From the human T2T-CHM13v2.0 reference genome, Homo sapiens, in NCBI RefSeq assembly GCF_009914755.1, contig NC_060927.1: a DNA stretch of 64,000 bases; one strand, 5' to 3'. Below are positions 1-12,709 of this stretch, piece by piece. The notes under the pieces were generated by a model. That model had not been told where the DNA came from, ran no database searches, and saw only the letters and a list, made by a program, of their open reading frames with translations. Numbering within the stretch: the first letter of the stretch is position 1; the number at the start of each line of letters is the position of its first letter. The translations under genes and the position numbers were made by a program.

Positions 1-969
1 TAACAATGATATCCTGGAATCCAGAAGATAGAAAGCTGAGGGGAAAAAAATGCTGCTATTTCAGAAGTGAATACTTAGTTACGCCAAGAAAACTATGCCT
101 GAAGATGATATTTTCATAGGTTTAATATGTGAACTTAGAAAAAGTAAACATATAATTCTGAGAAGCATGGCTTTTTTAGATTAAATTACTGTTTTTAAAT
201 AAATTGTGTGCATTTTAAATTAATTAATCCAATTTTAATCTAATTTTTCTGATTTTATGAAGTATGCATCAATAATTGTTACTATGTTAGCTTCATTAGC
301 AACAGAAGAAATTTCAAAAGTGTTGAATAATGCTGTTTTCCATCTAACGGAAAATTAGATTAAAACATTTTCCATCTTTCAATCAATCATTGGAACCAAA
401 ATAAAGCTGTTGAAAGTTTATTCTGCCAGGAGTAAAAGACTGAACAATATGATAAATGTTTTCTAAAGTTCAGTTAAAAAGCTAAACATTGTTGATAGCC
501 TTTTTATTGGTGACGAGAAGCAACTTTGGAAAAGCTTGAAAGTAATTTTATTAAAAAATCAATGAAAAATGAAAAGAAACACATTTTGTAGAAAAGAACC
601 ATGGATAATTATGGCTACAAAACTGATTAATGCATATAAATATGTTCCAGAATAATTATTCTGCCTGCTATTTTTTAATATTTAGGTAACAAATAAAAAT
701 AATTTTTCTGTTTTGCTTTAAGATAAGTAATTATGGTTTTGAATTTTTGAAGGATTTTCTTTTCATAAATAGTTTGAAGAGAACTCTTTTATAGGCCCAT
801 CAGTATAGTAAAAACAATTTGTGAGTAAATAATATATTAAATGTGAAATAATTTTTTATATTTTAGTACTTTTATATTCTAAAAAAGTTTCAGTTTGAAC
901 AATAAAGTTTTTAGTCACCCTAACTTTACTAAATATCTTCAAATAGTTCTGTGGATTGAGGGAACAAAC

Positions 970-1260
970 TTACTTTTCCTTACATCCTTGACTGCACTTG
1001 GTATTATTAGTTGAACAGTTGCCAAGCTAATGAATGAAAGTTGGAACTTCATGTGGTTTTGACTTATATCCCCTGATTACTAATGAGCTCCAGCATCTAG
1101 TCATGTTTTATTGGTCATTTGACTTTCCTCTTTTCTGAAATGGATCTAACTAGTCACTTGTCCTGCTTTCTTCTACTGGGTTAGATTGTCTATATTTTTT
1201 CTTGTATATTTCTGAGAGTTTTTTGTCATTTTTTTTGGATATTGGTATTTTACGTATATT
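970..1260 (-). mobile_element. Ancient L1M (L1ME-like) ORF2 3' fragment
   Basis: 'atgtggttttgacttatatcccctgattactaatgagctccagcatct..catgttttattggtcattt' resembles the reverse complement of the L1 ORF2 3' end. Boundaries are approximate. Confidence 0.7.
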
Positions 1261-1697
1261 TTTAATAGTGCTTTTCTGGAGCTTTAAAAATACCCAAGAT
1301 AATTTTTAGAACTTATGATCTGAAGATTTTCAACAAGCCAACTTAGAAATTATTTTGTGGCTATAATGCTAACTTCAAATGAACTAAAGAATTTTGCCAC
1401 TTTAGAAAACATACTTAAAAGACATTCATTAGAAAGTGCTAAAGTGCTCAACTCTATCCATTTAATAAATATTGCACTTAAATAGTCATTTTAACAAAAT
1501 CATTTACCCTTACAGTAAGAAACAATTATTAAATGTTTTAAATTACCTAGCTCCTGGATGGTTTACTAATATTTTGTAATTGTCATTTTGGTAGTAATCA
1601 CTTAGCATACTTGTTAAACTACTGGTTCTCCAAGTCTCATTTCAGATTACAGAACCAGGATTTTGAAGGAAAATACCTAGAAATATCTGAATTTTTT

Positions 1698-2179
<482 letters not shown>

Positions 2180-2837
2180 TCAAATCATCTGCCTTTATTT
2201 TCTTTTCCATTCTTAATAAATACTATTCCAACAATCTAGCATTTCACAGGCATAAGAAACCTGCTAGTTTGCAATTTAGCAAAAAGTAAGAAACCTATTT
2301 CTGAATATTTTCTTTAGGAACATAACATTTCTAGAGACACATTTGTGTTTCAGTTAATGCTATGTCTTGCTATAAAATAGCAGTATTTAACAAAAATATT
2401 TTACCACTGTGGCAAATTACCTCCTGTAAATGTTCCACCGCAACTAAGATTATATTGAAAATTTGGAGACTGACATTTTGAATTTCACATATTCATGGAA
2501 GATTGGAAAGCATCTTCAGATGTCAGAGGCTATAATAAGAGTTATTACGCTTATTAACTTCCAAATTGTTTTGTGTTAAAGCAGATGCGTGGGTACTGGA
2601 TACAGAGGTAGGCCACTGAAGCATAACTGTGGTTAAAGTTGTAAAAGATTTGGTGAAATTGCACATGGTAACATCTCTCCAGGAAATTTAGACCTTGGCT
2701 CAGCTGGGAGATGTTCTACAAAAGGATATTTCTGATTCTCATTGATTCGCTAGCAGGTTCTCAAAGGGAGATAGCACAATATTGTGGGAGGAGACAGTTT
2801 TATAATCTGACATCAGACTTGAAGAGAACTATTTCGA

Positions 2838-3263
<426 letters not shown>

Positions 3264-3299
3264 TCATTTAACTTATTTAGTATAGCTTCATGTGGTTTC

Positions 3300-3658
3300 T
3301 TTTGGTGTTTCTGTTTTTTGTTTGTTTGTTGTTGCTTGTTTACTTTTTGAGACGGAGTCTCACTCCGTCGCCCACACTGGAGTGCAGTGGTACTATCTCA
3401 GCTCATCGAAACCTCCACTTCCTGGATTCAAGCGATTCTCCCGCCTCAACCTCCTGACTAACTGGGATTACAGGTGCGGGCCACCACGCACGGCTCATTC
3501 TTTTTTTTTTTTTTTTTTTTTTTTTTGGTATTTTTAGTAGAAGAGACGGGGTTTTGCCATGTTGGCCAGGCTAGTCTCGAACTTCTGACCTCAAGTGATC
3601 CACCTGCTTCGTCCTTCCAAAGTTCTGGGATTACAGGCCTGAGCCACCATGCCTGGCC
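3300..3658 (-). mobile_element. AluS (Sx/Sz-like) with an expanded central A-tract
   Basis: Reverse-complement Alu with 'acctcaagtgatccacc' and a degenerate T/G tail at about 3300-3348. T26 run at 3501-3526 in the inter-monomer linker. Confidence 0.93.
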
Positions 3659-3800
3659 TCATGTGAGCATTTCTAAGAAACATTTTTCTGGTGACAAAGA
3701 AAAGAATAGTAATTTTGGCAGAGTATGGTGCTTACTCCAGCATTGACGTTGCAGAGCTCCGGCTGTTCTGTAAAGAAACTAAACTGAGATGGATTGCTAA

Positions 3801-4138
<338 letters not shown>

Positions 4139-4149
4139 GTTCTTTATAA

Positions 4150-4474
4150 TTCTTTTCTTTTCTTTCTTTCTTTTTTCTTTCTTTTTTTTTTTTTTTTGAG
4201 ACGGAATCTTGCTCTGTTGCCCAGGCTGGAGTGCAGTCGCATGATCTTGGCTCACTGCAACCTCTGCCTCCCAGGTTCAAGTAATTCTCCTGCCTCAGCC
4301 CCCAGTAGTTGGGACTACAGCTGCCCACCACGCCCAACTAATTTTGTATTTTTAGTAGAGACGGGGTTTCACCATGTTGGCCAGGCTGGTCTAGGAACTC
4401 CTGACCTCAAGTGATCTTCCCGCCTCGGCCTCCCAAAGTGCTGGGATTACAGGCGTAAGCCACCATGCCCGGCC
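4150..4474 (-). mobile_element. Full-length AluS (Sx-like) with a (CTTT)n/T tail
   Basis: Reverse-complement Alu ending 'gccaccatgcccggcc' at 4474. Outer TSD taagt[g/c]tatataat at 3850-3863 and 4475-4488. Confidence 0.94.
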
Positions 4475-4559
4475 TAAGTCTATATAATGTTTGGGCAGGA
4501 CACACAGCCTGTGAAGAGTTGGATGTGAAAAATAGTCACTGAGAAAATGCTGCCTCAAG

Positions 4560-4880
4560 AATTATCCTTTACATTTCTAGCTTGAAATATAGAGTATTTG
4601 CTGCTGTGAACTTCTGAAATAGTGAAATACTTCAGGAGGAAACATGTTTTGTGGATGAAATAAAGGTCTGGTTTTGATATGAGGGGAAGTAAAGCAATCA
4701 GATGGATATGCCAAGTCTGAAGGTCAGAATAAAGATCTGGCCTGGAGATAGAAATTTGTTAATGGTCAGCATAAAAAGGGTGTTTAAGCCCTAAAAAACA
4801 AACAAACAAACAAACAAACAAACAAACAGCAAAGAGGATCCATGACTGAGATCTGAACAATGTAAACACCTGGAGATATA
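4560..4880 (-). mobile_element. L2 LINE fragment interrupted by an (AAAC)n repeat
   Basis: 'tggatatgccaagtctgaaggtcag..tctggcctggagatagaaatttgttaatggtcagcata..tgtttaagcc' resembles the L2 antisense consensus. Confidence 0.7.
4796..4828. repeat. (AAAC)n microsatellite, about 8 units
   Basis: Read directly from the sequence. Confidence 0.95.
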
Positions 4881-6079
4881 GTAAAAGAGCCAACAAAATA
4901 CATGCCAAGTTCATATTAAAGTTAATGGGAAAAGACAAACTACTTAGTGAGAGGGTTTCAGACAACTAGCTATTAGCTAGCTAATTTGGGAAAAAATAAA
5001 ATTTATAAAGAATCCTCGATCAGATATCCAAACGTAAAAAGTAAAAACCACTCACATGCTAGAAGTAAATATATAAAAGTAAATTATTTTTAATGCCAAT
5101 ATTATATAGACAAAAAATAATTACTCTAAATTAATAAATATGTTTTCTGTCACCGTCTTGCTTTTCTTCTCAATTTATTCATGTGTCATTTTAACTCACC
5201 ATATAATGACTCCTCTTAATCCAATTATTTTTTATTTAACACTTCATTTGTTTTTAATAAGTGTGATATCATATTTCTCAATAGAGGAGAAATGTAGAAT
5301 TTGGCCTGTTATATTTGAAACACCTTTGCTTTTCAGAGTTGGGCTTCTGGAATGTGGTTAATTTTAGTATTCTCGTCAGGCGTTTATTTTTCAGATTTCT
5401 GTGATTGCTTCTCCAAAATAACCAGTGTCTGAAGGTGATGACTACAATAAAATTAAAATTATGCGCGCCTTCAAGAAAATTATGTATAAGTAAATTTGAA
5501 GCTTTTAAATTTGAGGCCTATTTTAAACACACTTTCATCTGAGTTTTCTATTCACTTTTCTCAGAACCTCAATCTTTTTTCCTTTCAGATCAGATATTAC
5601 ACCTAAGAATATTGTAATATTGAGACTCTTATCTGAAGAAATAGGGACTGCAGGAAAACTTTCAATAGTTAAAATCATTCGCTGAAGTCTCTACATGAAA
5701 TTTGTCAGAGCAAAATTGTGACATAGTCAAGCATTAATGTCTTTTACTCACTTTCTGCATTCCAGATGTCTTCTTTCCTTTCCCTGCACTTAGTGTCTTT
5801 AGTTTAGACAACTGAACTAATTTTTTAAATATTAATTTACTGATGACATTATATGGTACACTTTCATGAGGATGGATTTTATTGAAGGGTATTCCAATGC
5901 ACGTGCCAGCACTAAAACCAAAGAAAAAAATCACTTGTGGAAGAATCCCAAACAGAAGAGATATTTTTAGGCTGGCATTCTTAGATTCATTCTTCATTTT
6001 AACTAGTATTTTTAAACTGTAAATGTATGGAGGAAATGAAAGAAAAAAACTAGAGAATAACAAAGAGTACTTCAGCCCA

Positions 6080-6430
6080 GATGTCTAATTCTCCCTTCTG
6101 AAATTGTCCCTAATACAAGTTTGTTTAATTTCTTAGAAATATATGTTATATTAAAATACATGCTTTTAGGTTAAAAATGATTGTATACTCTATATGCTAT
6201 CGTGTACCTAACTTATTTCTCCTAATAATACTTTAATCAACAAAGAGCAACTATGTTCTCCTTAATAGCCCTAATGGACTATAGCATACCGTTTTCTGGA
6301 TGTACAATACTTTACTTAAAATTTCCTTCTTTCATAATGAACAATTATGTCATTTCAAGGCTTCTGCTATAACAAACAATAACACAGTAAGATCTTGTAC
6401 AGGTATCTTTGTATGCATGGGTGAGTACGT
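6080..6430 (-). mobile_element. Old L1ME 3' fragment
   Basis: 'tgctataacaaacaataacacagtaagatcttgtacaggtatctttgtatgcatgg' resembles the L1M 3' antisense consensus. Confidence 0.6.
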
Positions 6431-6829
6431 TTGAATGCTTTAATTTTTATTTTCTTTGATGTATGGATTCATAAAATTCCTGAGAACTGCTTTATTATGC
6501 TTTTTACTTTTTCAAATAAATGGGGACTTAAATCATTTGCAACTGACTTCCAACCTAATTGCATGAGGTCAAAGAACTGGTGGTGTTTAAGTTGACATTT
6601 GTTAAGACTTGCTTACATGCTAGTATGCGACTAAATGTAAAATAGTAGTAGTAAAGTTTTATTTGTGCTTGAGAAAAATATTCTCTCTCAAATTATTGTA
6701 TTTGGAAATTGATATATAACTATCAGAATAAATTTGTTTATTTACTTTTTCAAAACTTGTTTTTTAATGATTTTTATAACCTTGACATCAATCTTCAAGA
6801 AATTTTTATAGAATTAATCCTTTTTTGGT

Positions 6830-7695
6830 TGTATTGTCTGGCTTCTCCAGAGTAGCAATAACTATAGTATGTATGTGCATGTGTATATGCATGTGTAACT
6901 GCATATGTGGACACATATACACAAGGCTTCACTCGTGTATATGTGTGTGTACATATATATATATATATTGAGAAAGAGAGAGAGAGATTATAAAAAATTG
7001 GTTCATGCAGTTATGAAGGCTGACAAGTTCTCAGATCTACAGTTGGCAAATTGGAGACCTAAGGGAACTGGTAACATAGTTCTAGTCTGAGTTCAAAGGC
7101 CTGAGAACCAGGATGGCCAATGGTGTGGTTCCAGTTTGAAGGCTGGGAACCTCATGATCCAAGAAGAGCCAAGGTTTTAGTTTGAATCTAAAGGCATAAA
7201 AACATAGGTGGGAATTCAAAAATGAAAACACTTGGACACAGGAAGGGGAACATCACACACCGGGGCCTGTCATGGGGTGGCGGGGGGTGGTGGGGGAGGG
7301 ATAGCATTAGGTGATATACCTAATGTAAATGACTTGTTAATGGGTGCAGCACACCAACATGGCTCATATGTGCATATGTAACAAACCTGCACGTTGTGCA
7401 CATGTACCCCAGAACTTAAAGTATAAAGAAAAAACAAAACAAACAAAAAAACCAGAAAGTTCCAACTCAAAGACAGGCAGTGGGAATTCCCCTTTATTTC
7501 ATCCTTGTTGTTCTACCTAAGACTTAAACTGATTGCATAAGCCTCACCCACATGGTGAGAGCAATCTGCTTTACTCTGTCTATCAAGTAAAATGTTAATC
7601 TCACCCAGAAATACCCTCACAGATACAAAAGGATAATGTTTGACCAAATGTCTGGGCATCCAACGGCCCAGTCAAACTGACACATAAAATTACCA
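6830..7695 (-). mobile_element. MLT2 (ERVL) solo LTR with an internal TG/TA/GA microsatellite, interrupted by an L1PA tail
   Basis: 'aaattggttcatgcagttatgaaggctgacaagttctcagatct..aaggcctgagaaccagga' and the terminal 'gtcaaactgacacataaaattacca' match the reverse complement of the MLT2 start TGTGATGGTTAATTTTATGTGTCAACTTGAC. Confidence 0.88.
7203..7451 (+). mobile_element. Severely 5'-truncated primate L1PA (about PA4-7) 3' UTR and tail
   Basis: 'cataggtgggaatt..ggacacaggaaggggaacatcacacaccggggcc..aacaaacctgcacgttgtgcacatgtacccc agaacttaaagtata' followed by an A-rich tail. Confidence 0.95.
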
Positions 7696-7699
7696 GAAG

Positions 7700-8090
7700 G
7701 GTGGATTAAAAAAAATTATCCCTGAAGTTTTATCATTTTTGAGTGTATATATGTGGTTATTTTATTAGGTGCACACAAATTTTAAGTAACTATCTTCTTG
7801 CTGAAGAAAGACTTCCGTGATGGAGCTGCCTTCTCTATCTTTAAAAATTATTATTTTTTTGTATTAAAGCCTACTTTTTATAAAATTAATATAAACATAC
7901 CATCTTTTGGTTAATATTTACCTAGTTTATTTCTTTCTATCCTTTTACTTCCAGTCCCCATGTCTTGATGCATTAGACTGCTCTCTTGTAAATATTATTT
8001 AGCTGAAATTTAATGAATGAGTACAGACCATTTACATTTATTAAGATTACTGATATTTTGGGACTTATTTCTATCAACTGGCTTTTTTGA
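7700..8090 (-). mobile_element. Old L1M fragment (around the ORF1/ORF2 junction)
   Basis: 'ttattaggtgcacacaaatttt..atccttttactt..ccatttacatttattaagattactgatattttgggactta' resembles the L1M antisense consensus. Confidence 0.65.
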
Positions 8091-8264
8091 TATATACGCT
8101 CCATTTATCTCTTAATAGCGGCAAGCAGACTTTCCTCCATTTTCATTTTTAATTGTTTCCTTTCAATTATGATACTTTTCAGAATATTCCAAAGTATGAA
8201 AAATTATATTATAAATACTCATGTACAGGTACTACAGATGTTGAAGAAATGAGCCACACAAGAA

Positions 8265-8480
8265 AGGGCATGATATCAGTAAACACACTACCTGGCTTCA
8301 AAATCTAGCTTTATGTGAAACTGGGCAAGCCATTTAAACTTTCTTTGCCCAAGTCTCCTGATCCTCAAAATCAGCCTTGTAATAATGCTATCTCCTAGAT
8401 TTTATTGTTAGAATTAAATCAAGTAATATTTGTAAAGCACGTACAGCCATGACTGCTACATACTAAATAAGATATGTTTA
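8265..8480 (+). mobile_element. MIR SINE
   Basis: 'cctggcttcaaaatctagct..tgtgaaactgggcaagccatttaaactttct..gttagaattaaatcaagtaatatttgtaaagcac' matches the MIR core. Confidence 0.8.
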
Positions 8481-8519
8481 TTACATGTAATATAGTAATT
8501 AAATGTTAACATTTTCCGT

Positions 8520-11500
8520 ATCAGTTCATTTCTCTTAGAAATCAAAAAAGTAAATAAATATTATGGGAGTAGTGAAAGCTGTACACTACCTCCATCCTTT
8601 TTTCCTTTTTTCTCTCCGGAGGTAATCATTATCCTGAAGTTAGTGTGTATTTCTCCCACATATATTTTTATACAGTAAATATTTACCCAGAGAAAATATA
8701 TAGTATTGCTTTGGAGGTATTTAAAGAATACATAAACATTTCATACCATAGGTATCCCTTTGAAATTTACTTTTTAAACTTATTATTATACTTTTGAAAT
8801 TGCAGATGCTTATATTTACAGTATGTCATTCATTTTAACTACTGTATTACATTCCATTATATGAAAGAAAAGCTATTTTTTCATACATTCTCTCCATTGA
8901 AAGAGAGTTAAATTTTTCCACTAATTTTTTCTTAGCCCCAAAACTTTTTGTCCTGTGTTTTCTTACAAACATATGAGAGTTTTTTTTTAAAGTGTATATC
9001 AAGAAATAAAATCTCCTGGTAATTTTCCTGTTTCCAGATTTACCAAGCATGGCCAAACTACTCTCTGAAGTGACCATGTCAGTTCACAGCAACAATGCCT
9101 GAAGGCTCGTGCTTTCCCCATACCCTTGTCAACACTTGACTATGTTAGATTTTTAAATTTTAGTCAATATCATAGCTAAAAAATGGCATTTTTATTGTAG
9201 TTTTAATTTTCTTTCCATGTATTTATTGACCATGCAGCTTTTTTCCTCTGTGAAGTGCCTGTTTATATCCTTCACTCTTGTTCTATATTTTAGCCTTTAT
9301 CTTATAGATTTACATGTATTATTTTATTTCATACTAACTCTTTGTGCTATAGACATCTCTTTTCAGTTAGTGATATGATTAACTTATTTTTTCATGGTGT
9401 CTTTTGTCAAGAAGATTTTAATTTTAGTACGTATACTTTAAAAAATTTTTTATTTTTAAGGCCTTTTAAACCTTATTAACAATATTCTTTTGATATTATA
9501 AATTATTCTCTAATATTTTCTTCCAGCAATTTAGCAGCTTTGCCTTTTACATGTATTTTTTTAAATCATCTGCAATTTACTCTTGTGAATACTGTGATAT
9601 AAGGATTTATTTTTATCTGTCATTAAAAAAATGTGTTTAGTCCACTGTGCCTTCAATTTTTTTCTCAGGATATTATTTAATAGTCCATTATTTCAGTATT
9701 GTTTAGACTGTAACTTTTGCCATTATATGTGTATTTATTTCTGGATTGTTTATTATGTTCTAGTTGCAATAGTTTATTCTATACTATGTTGTTTAGAAAT
9801 AGCTCTATAGAAGTGTTCACTGTTAGGCAGATTGTGCCCCCTTTTCGTTCATTCTCTTCAACACCATCTTGGTCCCCTTCTTTCTCTAAATGTGGCTGAA
9901 TTAGCCTTAGCTCTTTTCAATTTCTGATTTAGGATCAGCTTGTCAGTGTTCCTGAAGCATCTTGCTGTAATGTTTATTATTACTGCCTAAATTTATATAA
10001 TAATTTAGAGAGAGATGTTTTATTATGTACATATTTTTAACAGTTGCCTGGTATACCTCTTTATGTATATAGGCTTTCATTTATTATGTCTGTTAATAAA
10101 ATTTAATAATTTTACTTGAAAGTGTTATTTATTTGTTGCTACATTCATTTTTATATGGCTGGTAATTTTGTTCTTGTAAACTGTATAAATTAAAAGGGGC
10201 ATTTTCAAATTAATTCTTGATCATACAAATAATTATAATCAATATTTCTTAATGTTCCACTTCACTAAACTCTTATTTGTACTGATAAACTATGTTTTCT
10301 TTTGATTTGTCTATGTAACCAATTATGTCATATTTTCTGCAAATAATGTATTTTATCTTTCCTATGTTACAATATTATATTTTATGTCACATTATATTTA
10401 TTAGGATCTCCCAAATAATGTTAAATAGAAGTGTTGATATTGGGAGTCTTTGTTTTATTCCAGATTTTCAATAAAATGGTCTTAAAGATTTATCATTAAG
10501 GTGTGGTATTTAAAGTGAATTTTTGATAAATTTGTTATTTGGTTAAAGAAGGTCTCATCTAGTCCTAGATTGCTAAGGATTTTTGTTTGACTTGATTTAA
10601 ACTCAAATAGATATTAAATTTTTTCAAGAGCTTTTTTCCTGCATGGGGTGAGAGGACAACATAACTTTTTCTTTATTCTATTTAATGTAATAAAATACAG
10701 ATTTTTCTAAAGTTTGCTAATCCTAAAACCATACTCCATCATTGTGTGTGCAGGGAGGCACCTTCTAATAGGACAATGAGTATTTTGTTTATTTTATGTA
10801 TTGCTGCATTTAGTTTGACGCTGATATGTTTTAGATACTGATTCTGATTCACGAAAGGTTCTATGTGTGATTTTCCTATTTCTCACTGAGTTAGTTTTGG
10901 TAAGTAGTTTTTCTGAAAGCTGTTCATTTCAACAAAATTACAATTTATCAGCATTACTTGGCCATAGTATATGTTTAGATGTAAAAAAAAAAAAACTTGT
11001 ATTTTTTGTCATTCCTTAATTTCTTTTGTCTTTTATCTTTCTTTTTCTTCTGTGGGTTTGCTTGAGAAGCATCTATTTTATTCATCTTTTCGAAGAAGCA
11101 TCTTTTGGTTCTCTTGGCCCTTTCTGTTCTGTTTCCATTCTGGTAATTTCAGTTCCACTATGCAGTATCTTCTTTCTCCTGCTTTCTTTGAGTTTACTCT
11201 CTTTTTATTTTCATAATTTTTTTTTAAGAATGGGGAAATAGGTAGTGAATTTTCAGTCCATTTTTCTTTTAAAAATATTCACTTAAAGCCTTAAAATTGA
11301 TTTGTATTACACCTTATTAGGATAGCATAAGTTTAAATAAAGTGCTTATTTTGTCTTTATCTCTATTTTCCAGTTTCCTTAAGACATTCAAATTGCATAT
11401 ATGTTATATATTTTTAAAATATCTTTTTTAAATTTAGATTATACTGTACGTCTAGAGTAGGACTGTTTTTTAAATATTTCATGTTTCCTTACAAGATTAT

Positions 11501-12600
11501 GGGTTTTCTAATGGTTTATTTTCAATTATATGGTTTAAAACTGTGTTTTTACAAATATTTTCCTTATGCATCTATCAATCACTAGGAGAGATTTGTTAAA
11601 CTTTCCACTTTGAAGCTATATTTATAACTTTTCTGAATAGTACTGTAATTTCACTTAAATATATTTTGAGTCTATTATTATATGACTTTTCTTAAGTAAT
11701 AAAGACTCTATTCTTGAAAGAAGCATTTTGCATTAAAAATATTTTGTCTAATATTATTATTCAAGGTAGTGGAGACTACCTCCTTTTCTACAATGTATAC
11801 ACATTTATATATATACATGTATATTGATTTTTTAATATTTGTGTTTCATTATGGTTTAGCTATATTTTGTAGTTATTTCTGTCTGTAACTTTAGGCTTCT
11901 TTTTCCTCTCCCTCCTTGCTTTCTGTTTACTAGTTTGGTGCAAAAGTAATTGCGGTTTTTGCCATTGAAAGTGATGGTAAGAACCGCAATAACTTTTGCA
12001 CCAAGCTAATAAAGCTTTCTTAATCCTTTATTTTCTCTGCTTATTTAAATAATGTTTATTCTATGTCCATATATTTAGTGACTTCACCTAATTTGTAAAA
12101 TAGCTCCAAATGACACAAGGCCTCAGAATCATTTAATTGTGATTATGCCTTCTAATCAAATTGTTTAGAATTTTAGCTGCACCTTATAAATATATATTGC
12201 TGAATTATTCATTGTTAGTGTTATTACTTACTTGGTTAGGTTACTAGCTTAGGTTTATCTACTTCTTTATCAATTTCTTCACTCACCTTACTTCTTGCAT
12301 TTTTCCTTTTGTGTGAAATAGCTTCCTTCTTAAAACATATTTTTAAGAAATTATTTCAGCAAAAAAACTGTATGTACTATGTCCTTTAAAGTATGGTATA
12401 TCATAAAACATCTTTATTTCACACTCACTCTTGAATAATTTTTTTTAATTTCATTGTTTTACCTCATCACTTTAAAAATATTTGACTCCTTATATCTGAT
12501 TGTTACTTCTGAGAAATTTCTTGTCAGTGTAAATGTCATTTATTATAGGACATTTGTCATTTAGTTCTAGTTGCTTTTAAGATAATTTATTTATGTTTAG
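8520..12600 (-). mobile_element. Long, heavily decayed L1ME element (3' UTR through ORF2 towards ORF1), about 4 kb
   Basis: L1M antisense motifs appear in the expected order: 'gaggtaatcattatcctgaagt' (3' UTR), 'ctttccccatacccttgtcaacacttg', 'tctgtgaagtgcctgtttatatcctt', 'ttttaggatcagcttgtcagt', 'aataatgttaaatagaagtg', 'cttcactcttgaa'-like. Strong T bias. Confidence 0.75.
11930..12009. mobile_element. MADE1 MITE (Hsmar1 mariner derivative; miR-548-type hairpin)
   Basis: 80-bp near-palindrome ctagtttggtgcaaaagtaattgcggtttttgccat-tgaaagtg-atggtaagaaccgcaataacttttgcaccaagctaa, flanked by TA at 11928-11929 and 12010-12011. Confidence 0.96.
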
Positions 12601-12611
12601 TATCTATTTAG

Positions 12612-12709
12612 GGTTTTTGATTGTTTGTTTTTGATGAGAACAATAGAGATCCACTCTCTTAACAAGTTTCAAATAAGACAGTACAGTATTGGTAACCATA
12701 GTCACCATA
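12612..12709 (-). mobile_element. L1MA/L1MB extreme 3' end fragment
   Basis: 'tgagaacaatagagatccactctcttaacaagtttcaa..gtacagtattggtaaccatagtcaccat' matches the antisense L1MA9/L1MB terminus. Confidence 0.75.

Noticed and set aside
336-360. ttttcc-atctaa-c-ggaaaa-ttagat, a pseudoknot-like crossing of two 6-bp stems
   Set aside because: There are no connecting loops, so both stems cannot form, and the AT-rich stems are too short to exceed chance.
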